Shown: positions 1-7,927, counted from the stretch's first letter. The stretch is 64,000 nt of DNA from Patescibacteria group bacterium (GCA_041650995.1 JBAZJZ010000002.1:77344-141343); one strand, 5' to 3'. The notes: a model not told the origin generated them from the letters alone. A program made the numbers and translations.

Positions 1-1369
1 CAAGAACGCGTTCGTTTCGTTTTACGCGGTCGGCGATTCGTTCCATTAAATCATCAACCTGAGATTTTTCACTAGAATTTTTTGGCGTAATGGGTTTAAC
101 AATAATTTCAGGGTCAATAAGACCGGTTGGTCTGATAATTTGTTCAACGATTTGTCCGCTCCGAGTTAATTCGTAATCAGCCGGCGTGGCCGAAGTATAG
201 ATTGTCTGTGGCATCCGCGCTTCAAATTCAGAAAATTTCAGCGGCCGATTATCGGCGGCAGAAGGTAGGCGAAAACCAAAATCAATTAACGCTCTTTTTC
301 GCGAAGCATCGCCTTCATACATTCCGGAAATTTGCGGCACGGTGACATGCGATTCATCAATTACCATTAGCCAATCTTTATTTTTTCCAAAATAATCAAG
401 CAGAGTTTCCGGCGGTTCACCCGCGGCGCGGCCAGATAAATGTCTTGAATAATTTTCAATGCCATGGCAGTAGCCTACTTCTTTTATCATCTCCAAATCG
501 TAATTTGTCCGGCGCTCCAGGCGTTCGGCTTCAAGCAGTTTTCCATTTTTATTGAAATAATCCAAGCGGCCTTTTAATTCTTCTTTTATAGTTTTAAACG
601 CCCGTTTTCGTTCTGGGCCAAGAGTGACAAAATGTTTTGCCGGAAAAATCCAAACGTCGGATGGCTCATCTTTTATTTTTCTTGTCACCGGGTCAATCGC
701 AAAAATTTTCACGATTTTTTGCGCGTTTGATTCCATACGATAAATAATTTCTTGGTTCACGGGCATCACTTCCAGAGTCTCGCCGCGCAAACGAAATTCT
801 CCGCGTTTTAAATCGGAGTTAGTCCGGGTAAATTGCATGGTGATTAACTGGTTCAATAAATCAGCGCGAGTGATAGTTTGATCTTTAGCCAAATGCAAAA
901 CAATTTTTTCATAGGTTTCAGGGGCGCCCAAACCATAAATACAAGAAACCGAAGCGACGATGATTACGTCGCGGCGGGTTAAAAGCGCCTGGGTCGCGGC
1001 GTGGCGGAGGCGATCAATTTCATCATTAATCATTGCCTCTTTTTCAATGTAAGTATCAGTGCGCGGAAGATACGCTTCTGGCTGATAGTAATCGTAATAA
1101 GAAACAAAATATTCCACGGCATTGTCCGGAAAAAATTCGCGAAACTCATTACAGAGTTGGGCGGCCAGAGTTTTATTGTGGGCGATAACGAGAGTGGGTT
1201 TATTAATTTTTGCGATTACATTAGCTACGGTAAAAGTTTTGCCTGACCCGGTGACGCCGAGGAGTGTTTGATGTTTATAAGTTTTTTTCAAACCAGAAAC
1301 CAGCTCGTCGATTGCTTTTGGCTGATCGCCAGTCGGTTTGAATTTAGATTTTAATTTAAATTTGTCCAT
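1..1369 (-). CDS. uvrB: Excinuclease ABC subunit B (UvrB), N-terminal part. The gene runs off the window start, so it is absent from the ORF track.
   Basis: The reverse-complement translation from the ATG at 1369 reads MDKFKLKSKFKPTGDQPKAIDELVSGL...QTLLGVTGSGKTFTVANVIAKINKPTLVI. This contains a Walker A motif and a UvrB-like helicase region through position 1. Confidence 0.85.
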   Translation of the reverse strand, partial: MDKFKLKSKFKPTGDQPKAIDELVSGLKKTYKHQTLLGVTGSGKTFTVANVIAKINKPTLVIAHNKTLAAQLCNEFREFFPDNAVEYFVSYYDYYQPEAYLPRTDTYIEKEAMINDEIDRLRHAATQALLTRRDVIIVASVSCIYGLGAPETYEKIVLHLAKDQTITRADLLNQLITMQFTRTNSDLKRGEFRLRGETLEVMPVNQEIIYRMESNAQKIVKIFAIDPVTRKIKDEPSDVWIFPAKHFVTLGPERKRAFKTIKEELKGRLDYFNKNGKLLEAERLERRTNYDLEMIKEVGYCHGIENYSRHLSGRAAGEPPETLLDYFGKNKDWLMVIDESHVTVPQISGMYEGDASRKRALIDFGFRLPSAADNRPLKFSEFEARMPQTIYTSATPADYELTRSGQIVEQIIRPTGLIDPEIIVKPITPKNSSEKSQVDDLMERIADRVKRNERVL

Positions 1370-1503
1370 ATACGCAAAAAAATTCCCCGAAAGTCCTCCT
1401 CACTAGGGGAGGAGCGGGGGGTATTTCTGTAAAGAAGCGAAAGCTTTTTCGTTCTTATTGTAAAGGTATAATAGCACAGGCTAGACTTGCTGTCAACGGT
1501 CAC

Positions 1504-1532
1504 TTGACAAGTTGATATTTTTAAACTAAAAT
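1504..1532 (+). promoter_or_regulatory. sigma70-like promoter with TTGACA, a 17-nt spacer, then TAAAAT
   Basis: cttgacaagttgatatttttaaactaaaat lies 48 nt upstream of the 1580 start. Confidence 0.5.
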
Positions 1533-1579
1533 AGACAATCACGAATAAGATAAGAAAGGGAGGGAAAGGAGGAGTTGTC

Positions 1580-2359
1580 GTGAGCGAAGAAAGCGTGGGC
1601 AACACGGCAGAGGGTTGTTCGGACAATCAGCCGATGGGTGAAGACACCCTGACCGGGGCCACCGGCCGATTCGAGTTCCCAGGGAATTATGACGAATTTC
1701 TTGACAAGTTGCTGCACATGGCGGAGGAGCGCGGCTGGGCCAAGACTTTTCTTGCCGGCGAGTGGGTTTTTCACGCCGGAGAGGTGCCGGAAGAGTGTTG
1801 GCTCATCGGTGTAGGGAGGGTTAGCCAATATCGGGGAGATGCTCGCATCAACGAATTGGGTAAGCGGCGATTCCTTGGTATGAGGGCTTTCCATCTCCAG
1901 GTTCCACACACCACTTCGGCGCAGGCTCTTGAGCCCAGCGTCCTGATCAAAATTGGCGGCGAGTTCTACCAGAAGCTTCTTTCTCATCCCGAGTTCGTAG
2001 ATGTGGCCATCAAGCAGTACGAGCAGGAGGTTCAGCGAGTCGGTGATGAGGTAATGAGGTACCGCGCTCAACTTGAGGCGGCGCGCCGCGATAACGCGAT
2101 TCTTCAGCGGGCGGTGGGGGAATACGAAAAGGAAGCCGATGATGCGCCCCGAGATAAAAAGGCGAGCGTAACAGAGCGTCTTTTGAGGCTTCTTCGCCCG
2201 GATCTGGAAGAAGCCGATCGGCGCGTCGGCGCGATGCTGGCGGGGTTGCCGGAGGAAACGCAGAGGACGCTGCGGAACAACGGAGATTTCGGCCAACTCA
2301 ACGCCATCATCACCCGATGTTGGAATCGGGTTCGTCCTCTCACGTTTCTACGCAAGTAG
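1580..2359 (+). CDS. hypothetical protein with an N-terminal cNMP-binding-like (Crp effector-type) fold and a C-terminal coiled coil; GC-rich
   Basis: GTG start with an AAAGGAGG RBS 6-7 nt upstream. The segment FLAGEWVFHAGEVPEECWLIGVGRV...FLGMRAFHL...TTSAQALEP resembles a cyclic-nucleotide-binding beta-roll. GC content is markedly above the flanks. Confidence 0.55.
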   Translation: MSEESVGNTAEGCSDNQPMGEDTLTGATGRFEFPGNYDEFLDKLLHMAEERGWAKTFLAGEWVFHAGEVPEECWLIGVGRVSQYRGDARINELGKRRFLGMRAFHLQVPHTTSAQALEPSVLIKIGGEFYQKLLSHPEFVDVAIKQYEQEVQRVGDEVMRYRAQLEAARRDNAILQRAVGEYEKEADDAPRDKKASVTERLLRLLRPDLEEADRRVGAMLAGLPEETQRTLRNNGDFGQLNAIITRCWNRVRPLTFLRK

Positions 2360-2363
2360 GGGG

Positions 2364-2398
2364 TTAGCCGGTTGTGCGTCAGCGCAGCCGGCTTTTTA
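2364..2398 (+). terminator. imperfect GC hairpin plus T-run after the 1580-2359 CDS
   Basis: agccggttgtgcgtcagcgcagccggc is followed by tttttatttt. Confidence 0.4.
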
Positions 2399-2410
2399 TT
2401 TTATAAATAA

Positions 2411-2447
2411 AAATTTTTATAAAAAAATCTGCCGCGGCTTGGAAGCT
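2411..2447 (-). terminator. intrinsic terminator for the lipoprotein gene, read on the minus strand
   Basis: On the minus strand, ctgccaaagcttccaagccgcggcag is followed by atttttttat. Confidence 0.45.
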
Positions 2448-2491
2448 TTGGCAGAATGTTGAAGATGACAGAGGAAGCTGCTCGTGCCTGG

Positions 2492-3244
2492 TTAATCGCA
2501 GCCGGTCGGCGGGCACTTCACTGCGGTCCAGGTTCCGAGGTTGTCACCGCTCGGGGAGACAATCGCTTCGCCCGTGACATGCGTCTCATCTTCGAAGTGG
2601 CCGACGTAGCTTGTGTTGCCCGACGAGAAATTGATTTGCCGACCATTGATTTCCGGCTCGTAGAAGGCAGCTTCAAGCTTTCGCCCGGTTTGTCTCACCC
2701 GAATTGGCACCGGGAAAGGAAAAGTTGCCCCGCTCAATCTCCAGTCGCCTTCGGCGTTTATGATGGCCCGGACTGTGTGCGGTGCAGAACAAACCTCGGG
2801 AACGCATGGAGCGCATCCATCGCCGCCGAGATAGTCCGCACAATCATTCGTGGCGCAGACAACGACTGTCGCTTCCGGCTCGTGCTCACCGTCGCGATCA
2901 AGAATGTCTGCCAGGGTTTCGATGAGCGCTGAAGTTTCTCGGTGGAAGTCTGGATCTGCTTCGACAACAGAGAGATTCACGAGCGTCGGATCGGAAACGC
3001 GCCATTCCACGTTTCGGAGCAAGTTCATGCCGCGCTCATTCACGACGTGGACGCGGAGTTTGTAGGCGTCCAGATTCGTATCGTCGCCGACCGGCACCAG
3101 CGACGCGCCGTCGTCATCGAAACAACTGCTTTCAATCACGACCGCCGAAACGAGATTGTACTCACCGGCGCATAGTTCGATGAAATTTTCCCGGCAGCCG
3201 AAGAGAACCGTGGAAAGAACCGCGAGCATCATCTTCGTCTTCAT
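2492..3244 (-). CDS. putative secreted lipoprotein, Cys/Asp-rich, GC-rich
   Basis: I prefer the start MKTKMMLAVLSTVLFGC at 3244, which has an AAGGAGG RBS 8 nt upstream. The N-terminus is a signal peptide with an LFGC lipobox. Confidence 0.55.
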   Translation of the reverse strand: MKTKMMLAVLSTVLFGCRENFIELCAGEYNLVSAVVIESSCFDDDGASLVPVGDDTNLDAYKLRVHVVNERGMNLLRNVEWRVSDPTLVNLSVVEADPDFHRETSALIETLADILDRDGEHEPEATVVVCATNDCADYLGGDGCAPCVPEVCSAPHTVRAIINAEGDWRLSGATFPFPVPIRVRQTGRKLEAAFYEPEINGRQINFSSGNTSYVGHFEDETHVTGEAIVSPSGDNLGTWTAVKCPPTGCD

Positions 3245-3299
3245 TTGTACCCTCCTTGTTGATTTTATCTTAACAGAATAAAAATAAATTTCAAACATA

Positions 3300-3650
3300 T
3301 TAAAAGTGGTTTTATAAAAATAAAAAAGAGGGGCCCCTGTTAGAAGCCCCTCAGAATTGTACAGGCTATTTATCCGCGCCGCCTGCGAGGCGCTGAATCA
3401 TCCTTGAGCTGGAACGCCCGACTCTGCCAGACGTACATCCGCCACCTCGCTTTCTTTTGGCTGGAGAGGTGGAGTTGCCAGTTTAGCCTTTCAATTGGAT
3501 CGACAACTCCGATCACACCGTTTTGCGGGCATTCGATCAAAAATCGCAAACGAATCCCGCCCCTGGGTAGACGAATTTATGTTTGGCGCGCCAGTCTACC
3601 TTTGGCGCTTTGTATATTCATTTCCGTGCCACCACCTCCTTCCATGAAGA
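3300..3650 (-). promoter_or_regulatory. structured GC-rich ~300-nt leader or non-coding RNA that ends in an intrinsic terminator (3329-3356) just upstream of the lipoprotein RBS
   Basis: The hairpin gaggggc(N11)gcccctc is followed on the minus strand by ttttttatttttat. Upstream are mutually exclusive stems (gcgcca..tggcgc versus ggtagac..gtctacc) and several 6-7 bp GC stems. No credible ORF lies here. Confidence 0.35.
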
Positions 3651-3974
3651 AAAACAATTTATTTGCTTTGCTTCACGGAAAGAAGTATTTTTATAAGAAC
3701 CTCCGAGAATATCACTCCTTTATTTTTTTGTCAATGGTTTCAAAACAAAAAAGGCTGTTAGGCCTCTTTTTAAATATCTCAAAATTTATTTAACGGCAGC
3801 AAGAACAGCCCTTTAGTCTTTTTGTGTGTTTGCGCAATTGTTTGCCCTTTTTGGTATTTTTGAGAGCGTGTTTAGTTCTGGCTTTCGCCGCGCTATTTTG
3901 TCCCATATGATTTTTCTAATTAATTATATAGATGACTTTACTTTAATATAATTATTCAAAGTAGTCAAACTCCT

Positions 3975-4003
3975 TGATTTTTAATGATAAATTTTGTATA
4001 ATT
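3975..4003 (+). promoter_or_regulatory. sigma70-like promoter with TTGATT, a 17-nt spacer, then TATAAT
   Basis: ttgatttttaatgataaattttgtataat lies ~30 nt upstream of the SPFH gene. Confidence 0.45.
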
Positions 4004-4032
4004 AAATACACATTAATTAATAAATTTAAACT

Positions 4033-4803
4033 ATGGACAATGTTTTAATTACGATCGGTATAATCGTGGCAGCGATTATATTAGCTTCAATCAGGCAGGT
4101 GAACCAATACCAGCGAGGCGTAAAATTTACGATGGGCAGATACACCGGAATTATGGCGCCGGGTTGGCGTTTGGTAGTTCCTGTTTTTCAGACTGCCAGA
4201 AAAGTTGATATGAGAATTAAGGCGGTCGATGTTCCGGACCAGGAGGCGATTACTAAAGATAACATTTCCGTGCGCGTCAACGCCGTGATTTATTACAAAG
4301 TCCGCGACGCGAATCAAGTGATTATTGAAGTGGAAGATTTTGGTTATGCCACTTCGCAACTTGCCCAGACGACGATGAGAAATGTTGTTGGCGAAGTAAA
4401 TCTTGATGAATTGCTTTCAGGTCGTGAAGCCATTGCGGAAAAAATCAGAGAAATTGTTGACAAGGCAACTGATGCCTGGGGAATTGAGGTTCATTCAGTG
4501 GAATTAAAAGATGTGACTTTGCCGGAAGAAATGAAACGGGTGATTGGCAAACAGGCCGAAGCGGAAAGAGAAAAAAGATCAGTAATTATTAAAGCCGAAG
4601 GTGAAGTGATTGCCGCGGAAAATTTAGCCAAGGCGGCGAATACTTTGGCTTCCTCCGACGGTGCGTTACATCTTCGCACTTTGAGCACGATTAATGACGT
4701 GAGCTCTGATCAATCAAATACAATTGTTTTTGCCATTCCGCTCGAAATTTTGCGGGCGTTTGAAAGAATAGGGAAAAAGGATAAAGAAAAAGAGCAGGCG
4801 TAA
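4033..4803 (+). CDS. SPFH/band-7 (stomatin/prohibitin-like) membrane protein
   Basis: An N-terminal TM helix is followed by a band-7 core: QYQRGVKFTMGRY...ISVRVNAVIYYKV...EVNLDELLSGREAI...ERSVIIKAEGE. Confidence 0.9.
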   Translation: MDNVLITIGIIVAAIILASIRQVNQYQRGVKFTMGRYTGIMAPGWRLVVPVFQTARKVDMRIKAVDVPDQEAITKDNISVRVNAVIYYKVRDANQVIIEVEDFGYATSQLAQTTMRNVVGEVNLDELLSGREAIAEKIREIVDKATDAWGIEVHSVELKDVTLPEEMKRVIGKQAEAEREKRSVIIKAEGEVIAAENLAKAANTLASSDGALHLRTLSTINDVSSDQSNTIVFAIPLEILRAFERIGKKDKEKEQA

Positions 4804-4817
4804 ATTTTTTGGAGATA

Positions 4818-4858
4818 AAAAAGGACAGTCCTTCTTGGTAAGGGCTGTCCTTTTAATT
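4818..4858 (+). terminator. rho-independent terminator
   Basis: aggacagtcc..gggctgtcct is followed by tttaattt. Confidence 0.5.
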
Positions 4859-4870
4859 TAGTATAAATTC

Positions 4871-4899
4871 TTGACAAAAATAATTTAATATGTTAAGAC
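4871..4899 (+). promoter_or_regulatory. promoter with TTGACA, a 17-nt spacer, then tgtTAAGAC (extended -10-like)
   Basis: ttgacaaaaataatttaatatgttaagac. Confidence 0.4.
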
Positions 4900-4905
4900 T
4901 AAAGC

Positions 4906-5062
4906 GGTGGAGCGATTGTGTCCTTGGCTTAATACGTAAGACCAGGGCGGTTGCGGACCTAAGCCGGCGAGCGGCTAAATCCACGAGGGAAGGACGGCGG
5001 TTCCGTGAGCCTTCCACGACGGGGTGTGCAGTTCTAGACAACCTGCCCCCCGTCACTTTTTT
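4906..5062 (+). ncRNA. candidate small RNA (~155 nt) bounded by a promoter and a terminator; family not recognised
   Basis: A GC-rich structured stretch contains a long internal hairpin (cgagggaaggacgg / ccgtgagccttccacg). It ends in gacggggtgtgcag..ctgccccccgtc followed by acttttttat. It has no ORF with an RBS. The next gene is on the opposite strand. Confidence 0.4.
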
Positions 5063-5111
5063 ATCAAAAAAACGTCCTGGAAAATTCGGGGCGTTTTTGT
5101 TTTTGGGAAAA

Positions 5112-5528
5112 TTATTTTATTCCCCGGGCGTTGAAGAAATCAGTGTAGTGTTTATCCATGGAAATAACGTGCCGCAAGAGCCAATCTACGGCAAAGTCAG
5201 CAAGTTCATGGGCGATTTTTTTCACATCCGCGTTCGGACTTTGCGCTCTGGCTAAAAATTCTTTTATCTTTTCGCGGTAGCGGTTGTGTTCGGCGACGTG
5301 AAGTTCGCTTCCTGGAAATTTGTATTCTTCAAAATAAGTTTCTTCGGAAGAAAAGTGAAGAGCGGCGTAGTTGCTAAACTCAATTAGGCTCATTAATATT
5401 TTTTCTTGGTTGACCCCGTCTTGCATGGATAGAGCGTCAATCTGGTTTGCGATATCTATGTAGCGCCGATGTTGGTCGTCAAAAATTTTTACGCCAACGC
5501 TGTAATTTTCGTTCCAGGTAAATGGCAT
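5112..5528 (-). CDS. hemerythrin-like (bacteriohemerythrin) domain protein
   Basis: WNENYSVGVKIFDDQHRRYIDIANQI..H..E..H spacing is typical of hemerythrin iron ligands. Confidence 0.85.
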   Translation of the reverse strand: MPFTWNENYSVGVKIFDDQHRRYIDIANQIDALSMQDGVNQEKILMSLIEFSNYAALHFSSEETYFEEYKFPGSELHVAEHNRYREKIKEFLARAQSPNADVKKIAHELADFAVDWLLRHVISMDKHYTDFFNARGIK

Positions 5529-5589
5529 ATTTGAAAAATAATTTTAAGTATATTTATATTATAATAAAAAATATTTTCGGTCAAGATAA

Positions 5590-5625
5590 AAAAACTCCCG
5601 CGCGAACCGAAGTCCGGGGGAGTGG
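5590..5625 (-). terminator. intrinsic terminator after the small-ORF pair
   Basis: On the minus strand, ctccc(N18)gggag is followed by ttttttt. Confidence 0.45.
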
Positions 5626-5643
5626 TGTGGGTGGATCGGTACA

Positions 5644-5862
5644 TCAGGTGCAGCCGTGCGGAGTGTGGCCGGGGTGGCCGATGGGGTGGGCTTCGACTTC
5701 CGCACTGAAGGCATCGTAGTATGTGTCTTCCGCTTCTTCGGCGAGACGTCGCTCTTCAGCTTGCTGCGCCAGGAGATCCTTTAGGGTTTCGGGGTGTAAG
5801 AGGTCGCCGGCCAGAGGTGTTCGCGCAGTGCGCTTCTTGGGCTTCTTGCGATGCGTGCTCAT
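5644..5862 (-). CDS. small hypothetical protein (72 aa) with a basic N-terminus and an acidic, His-rich C-terminus; GC-rich
   Basis: Its ATG overlaps the stop of the upstream small ORF as ATGA. This is the second gene of a 2-gene GC-rich mini-operon. Confidence 0.4.
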   Translation of the reverse strand: MSTHRKKPKKRTARTPLAGDLLHPETLKDLLAQQAEERRLAEEAEDTYYDAFSAEVEAHPIGHPGHTPHGCT

Positions 5863-6025
5863 GGCGACGTTTTCTCCTTCTTTCCGAGATTTTTGAGGTG
5901 CTCGCGGAAGCGCCGGCCATCTTCCCGGTCTCGCCGTCTGATCGGACGTCGGTCGGCTTCAGTGAAGTGGTCGCGCAACGGTCGGAGCAGTTGTTCTTTT
6001 GTCACTTTGTATTTCTTGGCGGCCA
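5861..6025 (-). CDS. small, highly basic hypothetical protein (~55 aa); below the ORF-track size cut-off
   Basis: The ATG at 6025 has an AGGAGGAC RBS 6 nt upstream. It translates to MAAKKYKVTKEQLLRPLRDHFTEADRRPIRRRDREDGRRFREHLKNLGKKEKTSP. Confidence 0.35.
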
Positions 6026-6115
6026 TGGCAAGTCCTCCTTCTTGTCCGCCCTTGGCGGGTTTTCTTGCTGATTAAAGTTTATCATTTTAAAAATTTTTGG
6101 CAATATTTCAAAAAA

Positions 6116-6177
6116 TAAAAACACCCCGTCATTTTGACGAGATGTTTTTGGGATACCGCGTAGCGGAGGCGGTTGAA
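6116..6177 (-). repeat. conserved ~62-nt terminator/3'UTR repeat, copy A; acts as the minus-strand terminator of the YibE/F gene
   Basis: The sequence aaacaccCCGTCAtttTGACGAGatgttttt plus gggataccgcgtagcggaggcggttgaa is near-identical in architecture and sequence to 8533-8595. Confidence 0.5.
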
Positions 6178-6242
6178 ACTATTATTGGAAATTTTGAGGA
6201 AAGTATTTTTATTCCAAGTTTATCTCGCGGTAGCCAGTGGTT

Positions 6243-7409
6243 TTAGATTTGCTCAGATTTTATATTCTCCATGCCCGTCCCGTTAAGATTTTTATTTTTA
6301 TAAAAATAAGCGGCTAAAAAAGTAGTGATGGGCACAGCCAAGGCCAGACCGATGCTCCCGACCAATGTTCTTACAATTTCCGTGGCGATAATTTCGTGGT
6401 TGATTATTTGGCTAAAAGTTAAAAATGGCGGCTGTTTGAATGAGAAAAGTAAAAGGAGAGGGAGGGCGGCACCCGCGTAGGCCAAAAATAAAGTATTAAC
6501 CATGGAAGCAATGTGATCAACTCCAACCCGCATTGCTTTTTTGTAAATTGCCAACCTTGTTAAACTTGGATCAGTACCATGGATTTCCTGAACCGTGGAA
6601 ACTTGGCTTACGGTTATGTCATCCAGAACGCCCAATGCGCCGACGATAAAACCGGCGAGCAGCAATCCTTGCAGGTTTATATTTCCGCCCGTCAGACCAA
6701 CTAAATAAATCGTCTCTTCCTCGGCAAAACCAGCAAGTTTAGTCAGATTAGTAAAAAGTATTGAAAAAAATCCGACAATGGCGATGCCCGCAAAGGTGCC
6801 TAAAATAGCTATGGTTGATTTTTTATTTAATCCGTAAACCAAATAAGTGGAAACAAAAATTATTAATAGCGCAGAGGTCAGGCTGATGAATAAAGCGTTA
6901 TGCCCATTTAAAATTTGGGGAATAATAATTTTTAAAATAATAAAAAAACTGAAAATAAGTCCAAGGAGAGCCCTGAAGCCGCGCCACTTTCCAGTGATTA
7001 AAATAATTAAAACAAAAATTACAGCGAGAAAATAAAGATTTTCTCTTCGGACAAAGTCGGTAACATAATAATAATCATTGCCGTCGCCATCTTGGCTATG
7101 AGAAACCAAAACTTTATTTCCCTTCTTATATAAATTTTTGGCAATGACATCTACCTCGGTACCGTCAAAAATAATTTCTTGATCTTTCCATTTTCCTTCC
7201 AGGCCTTTGAGCTTTAGTTTTTGTAAAATGGATTTTGATCCGTCTTCCCTTATGGTTTCTTTTTGTTCTAAAATTTCTAAAACTTTGGCTTCAAATATTT
7301 CTTCCTGGTAATTATTTTGCTCAGAATCTTCTTGGGCAAAAACAAAATTGGGGGTCGCGATAAAAGTAGCCACCATTATCAAAATAATAATTTTTGTTAT
7401 TTTGGCCAT
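6243..7409 (-). CDS. YibE/F-family polytopic membrane protein
   Basis: An N-terminal signal/TM region is followed by a soluble domain and then ~8 TM helices. I prefer the start MAKITKIIILIM at 7409; the track ORF extends to 7484 without an RBS. Confidence 0.75.
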   Translation of the reverse strand: MAKITKIIILIMVATFIATPNFVFAQEDSEQNNYQEEIFEAKVLEILEQKETIREDGSKSILQKLKLKGLEGKWKDQEIIFDGTEVDVIAKNLYKKGNKVLVSHSQDGDGNDYYYVTDFVRRENLYFLAVIFVLIILITGKWRGFRALLGLIFSFFIILKIIIPQILNGHNALFISLTSALLIIFVSTYLVYGLNKKSTIAILGTFAGIAIVGFFSILFTNLTKLAGFAEEETIYLVGLTGGNINLQGLLLAGFIVGALGVLDDITVSQVSTVQEIHGTDPSLTRLAIYKKAMRVGVDHIASMVNTLFLAYAGAALPLLLLFSFKQPPFLTFSQIINHEIIATEIVRTLVGSIGLALAVPITTFLAAYFYKNKNLNGTGMENIKSEQI

Positions 7410-7477
7410 CTTAAAATTAAAATTTTCATAGTTAATATCAGTAATAATTATAACACGCGATGGGGTTTTTACAAGAC

Positions 7478-7506
7478 TTGACAAGTTATAGTTTTGGGTG
7501 TATATT
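7478..7506 (+). promoter_or_regulatory. promoter with TTGACA, a 17-nt spacer, then TATATT
   Basis: cttgacaagttatagttttgggtgtatattcat. Confidence 0.5.
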
Positions 7507-7567
7507 CATAATAGGCGATATAAAAAAGGTCGAATCGCCACTAATAAAATTTTTAATAAAAACATAT

Positions 7568-7807
7568 ATGCCAAAAATGAACGGAACTGGTCCTACGGGC
7601 CAAGGAGCTGGCACTGGCAGGGGAATGGGCCCTTGCGGAGCCGGTACAAGAATGGGTTGGGGTTGTCGTGGCGGATATGGTATGGGTCGCAGGAGATTTA
7701 TTTCTCCTAAAAATGAATTGGCCGCCCTAGAAGAGGAAGAAAAGATGCTCCTGGAGGAATTAGAAATTATTAAGTCTGAAAAGGAAGCCATAAAATCCCA
7801 AAAATAA
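7568..7807 (+). CDS. DUF5320-like small protein with a Gly/Pro/Met-rich N-terminus and a C-terminal coiled coil
   Basis: MPKMNGTGPTGQGAGTGRGMGPCGAGTRMGWGCRGGYGMGRRR...LEEEEKMLLEELEIIKSEKEAI. Start chosen at the internal ATG at 7568. Confidence 0.6.
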   Translation: MPKMNGTGPTGQGAGTGRGMGPCGAGTRMGWGCRGGYGMGRRRFISPKNELAALEEEEKMLLEELEIIKSEKEAIKSQK

Positions 7808-7873
7808 AAGAAGGCTGGGAGCCGAGCTCTTCTTCGACGGAAGGGCTCGGGTAGCCTTCTTCAAATAAAAAAT
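7808..7873. other. long imperfect GC-rich hairpin (~65 nt)
   Basis: aagaaggct-gggag-ccgagc ... gctcgg-gt-agccttctt. Confidence 0.3.
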
Positions 7874-7927
7874 TATCATAAAAGATAGAAATAATCAATA
7901 TTAATTTAAAAAATTAAAATTTAAAAT

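Noticed and set aside
1526-2296. 256-aa minus-strand ORF antisense to the cNMP-binding-like gene
   Set aside because: No RBS. The sense ORF has a promoter, RBS and recognisable domain.
3404-3793. 129-aa plus-strand ORF in the 3300-4030 spacer
   Set aside because: It has no RBS and an implausible composition. The region is better explained as a structured leader/ncRNA on the minus strand plus the SPFH promoter.
4906-5062. Assigning ncRNA candidate 1 to SRP (4.5S) RNA
   Set aside because: The conserved domain-IV sequence (GGAAGGAAGCAGCC-like GNRA hairpin) is not present, and the long hairpin differs.
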